NCBI GenBank assembly: GCA_963711835.1
Contig: CAVQFQ010000021.1
Coordinates: 96,001 to 160,000 of the forward strand
Reading direction: 5' to 3'
DNA length: 64,000 bases
Origin: an uncultured delta proteobacterium
Lineage (GTDB): Bacteria > Desulfobacterota > RBG-13-43-22
Under the pieces are notes generated by a model. The model made no database searches. It had not been told where the DNA came from and saw only the letters and a program-made list of their open reading frames with translations. Below are positions 1-7,678 of the stretch, piece after piece (position 1 is the stretch's first letter; each line of letters opens with the position of its first letter). Both the position numbers and the translations under genes were made by a program.

Positions 1-430
1 GACAGGCAAAGCGGGTATTCACAAAAATAATATTCCCATCCCGGTCCAGATCGACATCGTGGATGTTAAGGGATCCCGTAGTATAGCCGGTTTTGGGAAT
101 ATAGAGCCGATCGAAACCGTCTTCGGTGGTCCGGCCGGGAGGCAGGGCGTTTTCCAGGCGCCAGATTTGATAGCGAGTGACCACGTAAAGCGTGTTGCTG
201 TCGCCTATCTTGAGGCCCATACAGCGGTCAAAGCGGGTTTCGGACACCGACAGACTGCCGTCCGGTTTTAGGCCGACAAAGAACAATCGGTTCCCCAGGG
301 TGTTGGTAAAGACCAGGCTGACCTTCTGCTCTTCCAGCCAGGAGGTAAAATAGGGAGAGACGCTGATCTGGAAATTGGTCATTTCGAGGAATTGAGCATT
401 GGAACTTTGGCCGTTGCTGATAAAAGGCAT
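1..430 (-). CDS. TIGR03032/DUF4915 family protein, 5' part (runs off window edge)
   Basis: Hand translation from ATG at 430: ...VSPYFTSWLEEQKVSLVFTN...RFDRCMGL...TRYQIWRLENAL...DRLYIP...TGSLNIHD...IFVNTRFACL; paralogue of 791-1913. Not in the ORF track because it lacks a stop in the window. Confidence 0.85.
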   Translation of the reverse strand, partial: MPFISNGQSSNAQFLEMTNFQISVSPYFTSWLEEQKVSLVFTNTLGNRLFFVGLKPDGSLSVSETRFDRCMGLKIGDSNTLYVVTRYQIWRLENALPPGRTTEDGFDRLYIPKTGYTTGSLNIHDVDLDRDGNIIFVNTRFAC

Positions 431-790
431 TATATAGTATCCTTTTTTATTTTCGTCTTAAGAATCCCCTAACCCGAAAAATTCGGAAAAGATCTTTGCC
501 ACCGACACACACAGACAGCCTGGCGGCGACCTGCCGCCATGCTCCCGGCAGGCCCTTCGGGCATTAAAAACAGTGCCTTGCCAAGAGCTATGAAAATAGT
601 GAGTATCTTACTCGCGCCAGCGATGACTTGTTTTGCCCGGAGAGTGTCCCCCGGGCAAAAAAAATTGTCCGCATTTGTCCGTGTGGGTCTGTGGCTAAAA
701 AGTTGAATAGCCATTCATTCTGCGTAGAACCAAGCCTGGCAGATGGTTATGGTTATTCATACAAACATTTTCAAAAAAAATCATAAAATT

Positions 791-1913
791 TTATTTCAAC
801 GTTACTAAATAGTTACCGGATTGTTCCGCCCAGCGGGGATTGAACCAGACGGTCTTTTGGATTTCATCCCCGATAATGCCTAAGGCCGTGGGCCGGCGGA
901 CACCGGGCAGGACCACCACATCGTAAATCTCCCTGGTAAAAGAGCTTTGAATAAACAGCCAGTGGGCGATTTCACCGCTACGCAGGTCGATGATAAACAG
1001 ACCCAAACGGGGTTCAAGACCCTTCTCCCGCAGGGTATCATCCAACTTCAAGCCCGAATAGGCATCACCGCGGCGGGGCTTAGAGGAGCCGATAATGGCA
1101 TAATCTCCGCAAAAGGACAATCCCCTTAAAAAGCCGGGAGCAAAGGCCAGGGGCTCAAAGCGGCCCTGGTTCAGATCCACCCGCCCCAAGTGCCCGCTGC
1201 CGGAATCGGCCAGCCAAAGCTGGTTCCGGTACATCCTTGGGGAATGGGGCATGGATAGTCCGGCCAGAATGGTCTCCCCGGTCTTCAGATCCAAGACCGC
1301 TCCCCCATCCCGGCGATGCTCGCGCCAACTGTCGAAGCCGTCTGTCCGGCTGACACAGGTGACATAAGCCGGCAGCCCTTCCTGCATAGCCAAACCGTTC
1401 AGATGGCAGCGATCCCCCGGTTTCAAATCGGACAGAAAGGCGGGACGCCAAAGGGGGATAAAGCTGTATCGTTCGCTGGCTGCGGCCAGACAACCAAAAC
1501 GGGTATTGACAAAGATGATCCGGCCCTGCTTATCCACGGCCAGATCATGGATACCCAAGGCCCCGGTGGTATAGACCTTCCGGGGGATATAGTGACGGTC
1601 GGTGCCTCCCTCGGATTCCCGGCCCGGGGGCAGGGCGTTCTGCAGACGCCAGATTTGATAGCGGGTACTGATATAAAGGGCCTCTCCCTCACAGGCCAGG
1701 CCCATACAGCGGGGAAAAGTCCGTTCGAAAATGGAAATCTCTCCATCCCTTTTTAAACCGATCAGGAAACAGTTTCAGGGGCGGATTGGTAAAAGCCAGG
1801 CTGACCTGGTGGTCGGCCAGCCATTGGGTGAAATAGCGGGAGACAAGGATCTCGATTTCAGGTTCTCCGGCCTCGGGTTGGTTAAGTTCATCAATGAACG
1901 CCTCTTGATTCAT
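791..1913 (-). pseudogene. TIGR03032/DUF4915 family protein split by a +1 frameshift near 1766-1769
   Basis: ORF 1689..1913 gives the N-terminus (SRYFTQWLADHQVSLAFT); ORF 791..1705 gives the rest (DRCHLNGLA, GLSMPHSPR, PGFLRGL). Removing one base restores KLFLIGLKRDGEISIFERTFPRCMGL, colinear with the paralogue at 1-430. Confidence 0.8.
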
Positions 1914-1941
1914 AGCCTATAATTTATGGCTGAGGTTCCCC

Positions 1942-2535
1942 CTATTTTTTATCAATGCCCCGGCCTGCTCGGCTTGTCTCCGAAGGCAAAGATCCGTTTT
2001 GTTCCAGCCAGGCCATTATCGTCCCCAAACTTTCTTCTACGGATTGGTGATCCGTCCGGATAAGCAATTCCGGGTTTTCCGGCGGTTCATAGGGGTCGGA
2101 GATGCCGGTAAAAAATGGAATTTCCCCCCGTAAGGCCTTCTGGTAAAGTCCTTTGGCATCCCTGGCCTTCAGAATTTCCAGGGGACATTCCAAATAAATC
2201 TCGATAAAACTCCCTTCAGGATGGAGCTTCCGCGCCGTCTCCCTGCCCTCCTGGTAGGGTGATATGACGGCCGCAATAGCCACCTGGCCCGTTTCAGTCA
2301 ACTGCCGGCAGGCCACCCCAATCCGCCTGTTATTTTCTATGCGATCTTCCCTGGAGTAACCCAACCCCTTTGAGATGGTTTTCCGGACCATATCCCCGTC
2401 AAAGATCTCAACGGGTAGACCTCTTTTTTCCAGCACCTGGGCAATGGCCAGAGAAAGGGTAGTTTTGCCCGAACCCGACAATCCGGTGAACCAGATAGTG
2501 AAACCGCTCTGATGCTCTTTTACCATGGAGACCAA
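1942..2535 (-). CDS. cysC: adenylyl-sulfate kinase
   Basis: TIWFTGLSGSGKTT P-loop, DGDMVR, LGYSREDR, RDAKGLY, FTGISDPYEPP. Start may be ATG 2526. Confidence 0.95.
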   Translation of the reverse strand: MVSMVKEHQSGFTIWFTGLSGSGKTTLSLAIAQVLEKRGLPVEIFDGDMVRKTISKGLGYSREDRIENNRRIGVACRQLTETGQVAIAAVISPYQEGRETARKLHPEGSFIEIYLECPLEILKARDAKGLYQKALRGEIPFFTGISDPYEPPENPELLIRTDHQSVEESLGTIMAWLEQNGSLPSETSRAGRGIDKK

Positions 2536-2651
2536 CCTTTCTATAAGCTCTCTCCACCTATGTATTAACAGGCTTGTTTTTATCTTGCTAAGTTGTTACA
2601 AAGGCGGATGAGGGATGGATTATAGCTTATTTTCTCCTTTTGAGGGAAAAA

Positions 2652-3647
2652 ATGCTCAACTACATCTGGCTGGGATTGATTGTCATAGGCACCCTGGTGG
2701 CCGTGGGCCGGGATGCCCATGATTCCCTGACCAACAGGTTCCGTAACGGCCTGGAGCTCAGGGCCTTCCTGGAATGCCCGGTTGAAGGGAAAAGAGGTGA
2801 CAGCCCATCGACGATAAAAGAGTGCACCCTCTCCATCACCTCGGAAGAATTTCAAAAATTCTACCACCTGCCGGATAAACCCGCTTCTCCCATAAAACAG
2901 CGGGCCGAACTCAGGCTCACCGGGCCGGACTCGGGCGTCCTTCATCTGGCCCTCGATGAACAGACCCCTGCCCTCTGGAAAGAGATCAGAAAGACCCAAA
3001 AAAATCCGGACTTCCTCCTGGCCCGCATTCGCCGGCCAGGGCCTTCCGGCGAAACCGGCTTCCCGGTCCTCCTCTCCTTTGACCCGGTCCGATTCGTTAA
3101 ACTGAATGCCCTGACCAACGAGGGGGTCATCCGTTATGCCACCCTGGCCGTGGAACTGGCCATCGGCCTGATCGGCATCATGGCTTTGTGGCTGGGGATC
3201 ATGAAGATCGCCGAACAGGCCGGCCTGATTCATCGCCTGGCCAGGGCCTTACGAGGCGTCACCAGCCGTCTTTTCCCGGATGTGCCTCCTGATCATCCGG
3301 CCATGGGGGCCATGATCATGAATATCTCGGCCAACATCCTGGGACTGGGGAATGCCGCCACCCCTCTGGGGTTAAAGGCCATGGAGGAATTGAACAAGCT
3401 GAATAAAAAACCGGGCACGGCCACCGATGCCATGTGCACCTTTCTGGTTATCAATACCAGCAACGTCCAGCTCATCCCGGCCGCGGTGATTGCCATCCGG
3501 GCGGCAGCCGGAGCCTCCAGCCCCACGGAGATCATCGGGCCGGTCATTGTGGCCACTTCGATCAGCACCCTGATCGGGGTCATCACCGTCAGGCTTTTAA
3601 GCCGCCTGCCGCTTTTTATAAAACAGTTGGACGGCGACCGGGAATAG
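2652..3647 (+). CDS. spmA: SpmA-like nucleoside-recognition (gate) membrane protein with inserted soluble domain
   Basis: MLNYIW start, LWLGIMKIAE, LFPDVP, ANILGLGNAATPLGLKAM, FLVINTS. Confidence 0.85.
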   Translation: MLNYIWLGLIVIGTLVAVGRDAHDSLTNRFRNGLELRAFLECPVEGKRGDSPSTIKECTLSITSEEFQKFYHLPDKPASPIKQRAELRLTGPDSGVLHLALDEQTPALWKEIRKTQKNPDFLLARIRRPGPSGETGFPVLLSFDPVRFVKLNALTNEGVIRYATLAVELAIGLIGIMALWLGIMKIAEQAGLIHRLARALRGVTSRLFPDVPPDHPAMGAMIMNISANILGLGNAATPLGLKAMEELNKLNKKPGTATDAMCTFLVINTSNVQLIPAAVIAIRAAAGASSPTEIIGPVIVATSISTLIGVITVRLLSRLPLFIKQLDGDRE

Positions 3648-3650
3648 CCC

Positions 3651-4193
3651 ATGGAAATCCTGACGCTGATCATCGAGACCCTTTCCATCCTGGCCATCCC
3701 GCTGCTGATACTTGGTATTGTCCTCTTTGGAGCCATACGAAGGGTGAAGGTCTATGAATGTTTCGTGGAAGGGGCTAAAGAGGGTTTTCAGGTCGGGGTC
3801 CGGATCCTCCCCTTCCTGGTGGCCATGCTGGTGGCCATCGGGGTCTTCCGGGCCAGCGGGGCCATGGATATCCTGACCGGCCTGCTCGCCCCGGTCACCG
3901 GCTTGATCGGCATGCCTTCTGAATCACTGCCCATGGCCTTGATGCGGCCCCTTTCAGGCAGCGGGGCTTTGGGGGTCATGTCGGAGATCATCAAAACCCA
4001 TGGCCCGGATTCCCTGATCGGGCGTCTGGTGGCTGTCATGATGGGCAGCGGCGAGACGACCTTTTATGTCCTGGCCGTCTATTTCGGCTCGGTGGGAATC
4101 ACCCGCACCCGCCAGGCCGTCCCGGCCGGGATCATCGCCGATATCGCGGGGATCTTAGCCTCGGTCTGGATCGTAAATCTGGTTTTTGGTTAA
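3651..4193 (+). CDS. spmB: SpmB-like gate-domain membrane protein
   Basis: VYECFVEGAKEG, LMRPLSGSGA, ETTFYVLAVYFGSV; directly follows spmA. Confidence 0.9.
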   Translation: MEILTLIIETLSILAIPLLILGIVLFGAIRRVKVYECFVEGAKEGFQVGVRILPFLVAMLVAIGVFRASGAMDILTGLLAPVTGLIGMPSESLPMALMRPLSGSGALGVMSEIIKTHGPDSLIGRLVAVMMGSGETTFYVLAVYFGSVGITRTRQAVPAGIIADIAGILASVWIVNLVFG

Positions 4194-4224
4194 ATCGGTG
4201 CTTACCCAGCTTATTTTGAGAATT

Positions 4225-4353
4225 TATTAAGGGTCTCATAATAGTCTTGACCTGAAATTGAGGAGCTTGCCTTAGATGGGACCGGGGGGTCTTCTTTTCT
4301 TTAACGAGACCCCCCGGTCCCTGTTGGTCACTATTATTTTGAGACCCTTAATA
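4225..4353. repeat. MITE/REP-like element with nested inverted repeats
   Basis: Terminal IR TATTAAGGGTCTCA (4225-4238 / 4340-4353) and inner perfect 15-bp stem GGGACCGGGGGGTCT (4278-4292 / 4307-4321); partial copies at 10778-10840 and 51305-51336. Confidence 0.75.
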
Positions 4354-4407
4354 TTAGTAAGTTGAGTCGGGCCAAGCCATTCCGGATCCGAGTTTTTTGA
4401 AAGACGC

Positions 4408-5343
4408 TCAACTCCGCAAAAAGGCTTTGACCATTTTGGACCATTGTTCTCCCTTAAGCTGAGGAGAAATGTCGTCTACCGAGAAACCGCCGTCGGCGGC
4501 AAGGTTAAATTCCTTGGTCGCCCTTTCCATCAAGCGATCCCGTTCCTCCGCCAAATAGTTTACGGCCGCTTCCCCAAAGTATAATCCCTTCAAATTCTTT
4601 TTCATTTTGGTCGGTTCGACAATGAACAGCCACCCTTCTTCAAAAGGGGAGGTGTTGAGCAGCGAGGGTTCGGTCAGCAAACGGTGATTGAGATGAGTCA
4701 CGATCCCGTCCATGGGGGAAAGGGCCGAGGTCATCTCCCCATTGCGTTTAAATTGTACGGCACCCTCTCCCTGCCTGAGCTCTTGGCCCACCTCCGGTAG
4801 AAAAACCCCCGAAAGTTTGCCCAGGAGCCGTTGGGCAAAATCATCCACCCCGATTCGGATGCGCCCGCCATACTCGGGCCGGGCCCAGGTATGCCCTTCG
4901 TGGTAATAAAAATCAGGGGCCAGCCTGAAACCGGAAGCTTCCTGGAGACCTTCCACCGGGAGGGTTTGGGCTTGCAGGCGTTCCTGCATCATCTGGTCAA
5001 AGGCACAATTACCGCATTCATAGGCATTAGGACACAGCTTCCGGTCCACTTCCCCGGTCAGCATGTAGCGGCATTTTCTTCGGCCCGCAGGAAGGTGCAT
5101 CATTTTCTCAACCCAGGTGGCGGACAATTTATCTTTTCCGGCTTCCAGGACCAAAGGCTGCTTTTCGGCTGCCGTACGCTGTTGAGCCACTTTTTGCTGC
5201 AGGGCATGATCATAATCGCAGGTGGTGCAGTCGTAGCTGTTATAGCAGAGTTTATAGGAGACTACTCCGGCCTCCATCCAGATGCAGGGTTTCTTGTCAG
5301 GGGGGACAACCTTTAGGGAACTTTCCTGCTTTTCCATAACCAT
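4408..5343 (-). CDS. GcvH-like protein with two N-terminal 4-Cys repeats, lipoyl-Lys absent
   Basis: C-terminal H-protein motifs (YYHEGHTWAR, RIGVDDFAQ, SPMDG, SPFEEGWL); N-terminal CIWM..KLC..YDCTTC and CRYM..KLC..YECGNC. Confidence 0.85.
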   Translation of the reverse strand: MVMEKQESSLKVVPPDKKPCIWMEAGVVSYKLCYNSYDCTTCDYDHALQQKVAQQRTAAEKQPLVLEAGKDKLSATWVEKMMHLPAGRRKCRYMLTGEVDRKLCPNAYECGNCAFDQMMQERLQAQTLPVEGLQEASGFRLAPDFYYHEGHTWARPEYGGRIRIGVDDFAQRLLGKLSGVFLPEVGQELRQGEGAVQFKRNGEMTSALSPMDGIVTHLNHRLLTEPSLLNTSPFEEGWLFIVEPTKMKKNLKGLYFGEAAVNYLAEERDRLMERATKEFNLAADGGFSVDDISPQLKGEQWSKMVKAFLRS

Positions 5344-5386
5344 GATCGGATCTCCTTCTTACTTAATGATGTTTTGCCATTTTATA

Positions 5387-5402
5387 AGCAAAAGGGATGC
5401 CA
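5387..5402 (-). promoter_or_regulatory. sigma-54 -24/-12 promoter of the GcvH-like gene
   Basis: Minus strand TGGCATCCCTTTTGCT = GG-N10-GC consensus, 44 nt upstream of the ATG. Confidence 0.85.
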
Positions 5403-5478
5403 TAATAGCTTAATTTTTTTAACATATTAAAATAACTGTTAATTTTAAACAAAGAGTCACTATCTGAAATCCTTTGGA

Positions 5479-5545
5479 TGAAATAACTGTCTAATTATTA
5501 GGCACATACTTTTGCAATGTGTCTAATAATTAGACAGTTATTTCA
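5479..5545. promoter_or_regulatory. paired upstream activator sites (enhancer) for a sigma-54 activator
   Basis: 29-bp inverted repeat with one mismatch (5479-5507 / 5517-5545); each arm contains palindrome TGTCTAAT-w-ATTAGrCA (5488-5504, 5520-5536), 32 bp apart. Confidence 0.7.
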
Positions 5546-5551
5546 CTATCC

Positions 5552-6097
5552 TCAAATCCCGTCCAGGATCCACTTGAAGAGGGTTTTACAGGTGGGGCAG
5601 AATTCCGCTTTTTTTTGGTCGGTATCTTCTATCCGGGAGGAAGAGAAAAGGACGCAATAGCGATTCCGGCAATGGGTCAGGCCCAGAAGGTGGGCAATTT
5701 CATGGAGCACCGTCTTCTCCAGGCGGCAGCGGAAAAGGTCCTGATGGACAGCCATCCCGTAATAGTGCGGGTCGAGACGATAGGTAGATACCACGGCTCC
5801 CCGGCCCCCGACCTGGGCCAAACCGAACACATAGGTAAAAATAGGGAGGTAGAGATCAACCCCGGTTATTCCCAGGATCCGGGAAGAGGGGTTCGGATCG
5901 TGCTCCAATAAAAAAGTGAGGATTTTTTGAGCGTTGAATTGTCCTCTTTCCCGGTTGTAGGCAAAATCAGGCCGCTCCAGGAAAAGAAGAGGCCTGCAGG
6001 CAAGGCCGCTGAGCGGCGTTATCCGGGAAGCGAGGCCCACGAGGACCTCACCATCCATCTCTCCCAGGGCTATGATCTGGATCCCCATCGCTGTCAC
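5552..6097 (-). CDS. archaemetzincin (peptidase M54) Zn metalloprotease
   Basis: HEIAHLLGLTHC zincin motif, following C..C and FCPTC, ITGVDLY, YVFGLA. Start set at GTG 6097 (AGGAG SD); ATG 6088 is an alternative. Confidence 0.9.
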   Translation of the reverse strand: MTAMGIQIIALGEMDGEVLVGLASRITPLSGLACRPLLFLERPDFAYNRERGQFNAQKILTFLLEHDPNPSSRILGITGVDLYLPIFTYVFGLAQVGGRGAVVSTYRLDPHYYGMAVHQDLFRCRLEKTVLHEIAHLLGLTHCRNRYCVLFSSSRIEDTDQKKAEFCPTCKTLFKWILDGI

Positions 6098-6145
6098 GGG
6101 GGTTTCTCCTTGGCAGGCATTCAGCCCACCCCCACCCCACCCCTT

Positions 6146-6250
6146 CAGAGACTGTGTCGCAATTACCCAAAGCTCATTCCGGATGGGTCCAGCCTCGGCG
6201 GGAGGCGGGCCGGGATGACGAATCATGACACAACCTCTCAGGGGGAGAGG
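6146..6250. repeat. degenerate REP/MITE-like intergenic element
   Basis: Imperfect IR GAGACTGTGTCGCAATT / AATCATGACACAACCTC enclosing GCCTCGGCGG, a motif also seen near 37021. Confidence 0.4.
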
Positions 6251-6324
6251 CTTTAGATGGGTTTCCTCCGAAACCGCCGTTTAAGGACAAGCCGAAAACA
6301 GCCGGACCCGCTCTTGGTTCAATT

Positions 6325-7668
6325 TCAACGGTCCAATTTATATTTATTGATTTTATTATATAAGGTCTGCCGGTCGATATTCAGTTTTTCGGCCGACCGG
6401 GAAATATTCCAGTTGTTTTCCACGAGCAGTCGGGTGATGTGTAATTTTTCCATCTCTTCCAGGGAGTCCGGGAAAGGCCCGGGTTCGCCGGTTGTCCCGG
6501 CCAGGAAAGGCAGGTCCTGCGGGAGGATCTCTTTAAGCTTACTGATGACCATGGCCCGCTCCATGATATTCTTCAATTCCCTGACATTTCCCGGCCAGGC
6601 ATAGGCCATTAATTGGCCCATGGCCGCCGGTGAGATGTCTTTTTGGGGACGATTTAATTCAAAGGAAAATTTTTCAATAAAATGGCGGGTCAGAAGAGGA
6701 ATATCTTCTCTCCTTTCCCGCAAGGGAGGCAGATGGATAGAGATGACATTGAGCCGGTAAAAAAGGTCTTCCCGGAAGGCCCCTTCGGCCATGGCCTTTT
6801 TCAGGTCTCGATTGGTGGCCGTCAGGATGCGGACATCCACCTCAATAGTCACTGTGCCTCCAATCCGTTGAAAGGTCCTTTCTTCCAGAACCCTTAACAG
6901 ATTAGCCTGGGTCTTTAAACTGACATCCCCGATTTCATCCAGAAATAGGGTCCCTCCATCGGCCAGCTCAAAACGTCCTTTTTTAGAACGGTCCGCTCCG
7001 GTAAAGGCCCCTTTTTCAAAGCCGAAAAGCTCGCTTTCCAATAAGGTCTCCGGAAGAGCGGCGCTGCTGACGGCAATAAAAGGCTGATAACAACGCCGGC
7101 TCCGGGTATGGATGGCCCTGGCTACCAGTTCCTTTCCCGTGCCCGACTCCCCGGTAATTAAAACCGTGGAATCTGTCGGGGCCACTTGTTCAATAAGCTC
7201 AAAGAGTTCGATCATTTTGGGACTCTGACCGACAATTTCTCCAAAGGCAACCTGCTCCTTTAGTTGTTTTTTTAAAAGAATATTCTCTATAAGAAGTTCC
7301 TGATGGGCCGTGATTTTTTTAATACGATGTTCCATTTCCTTGGGGTCAAAGGGTTTTACCAGATAGTCATAGGCCCCTTCTTTGATTGATTGGACGGCCG
7401 TTTCCATGGTGGCGTAGGCGGTCATCATGATGACCTCGGTATTGGGAGCCGTTTCTTTAATTTTTCTCAAGGTCTCCAGGCCGTCCATTCCAGGCATTTT
7501 CAGATCCAAAAGCACCACGTTCCAGCTCTGGTTCTTGACCAGTTCGACCGCCTTAAATCCGCTCTCGGCCAGACCCATTTCGTAGCCTTCTTCGGAAAGC
7601 CAATCCTGCAGACTTTCCCGGACCGAAGCTTCATCGTCTACAACCAATATACGGAACTTACCAGCCAT
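6325..7668 (-). CDS. sigma-54-dependent response regulator (REC-AAA+-Fis HTH, NtrC/AtoC family)
   Basis: [56 protein letters not shown]-terminal HTH. Confidence 0.97.
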   Translation of the reverse strand: MAGKFRILVVDDEASVRESLQDWLSEEGYEMGLAESGFKAVELVKNQSWNVVLLDLKMPGMDGLETLRKIKETAPNTEVIMMTAYATMETAVQSIKEGAYDYLVKPFDPKEMEHRIKKITAHQELLIENILLKKQLKEQVAFGEIVGQSPKMIELFELIEQVAPTDSTVLITGESGTGKELVARAIHTRSRRCYQPFIAVSSAALPETLLESELFGFEKGAFTGADRSKKGRFELADGGTLFLDEIGDVSLKTQANLLRVLEERTFQRIGGTVTIEVDVRILTATNRDLKKAMAEGAFREDLFYRLNVISIHLPPLRERREDIPLLTRHFIEKFSFELNRPQKDISPAAMGQLMAYAWPGNVRELKNIMERAMVISKLKEILPQDLPFLAGTTGEPGPFPDSLEEMEKLHITRLLVENNWNISRSAEKLNIDRQTLYNKINKYKLDR

Positions 7669-7678
7669 ATCCTGCCCC

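Noticed and set aside
6098-6226. N-terminal extension of the archaemetzincin ORF
   Set aside because: It runs through an intergenic repeat element; a better SD and start lie at 6097/6088.
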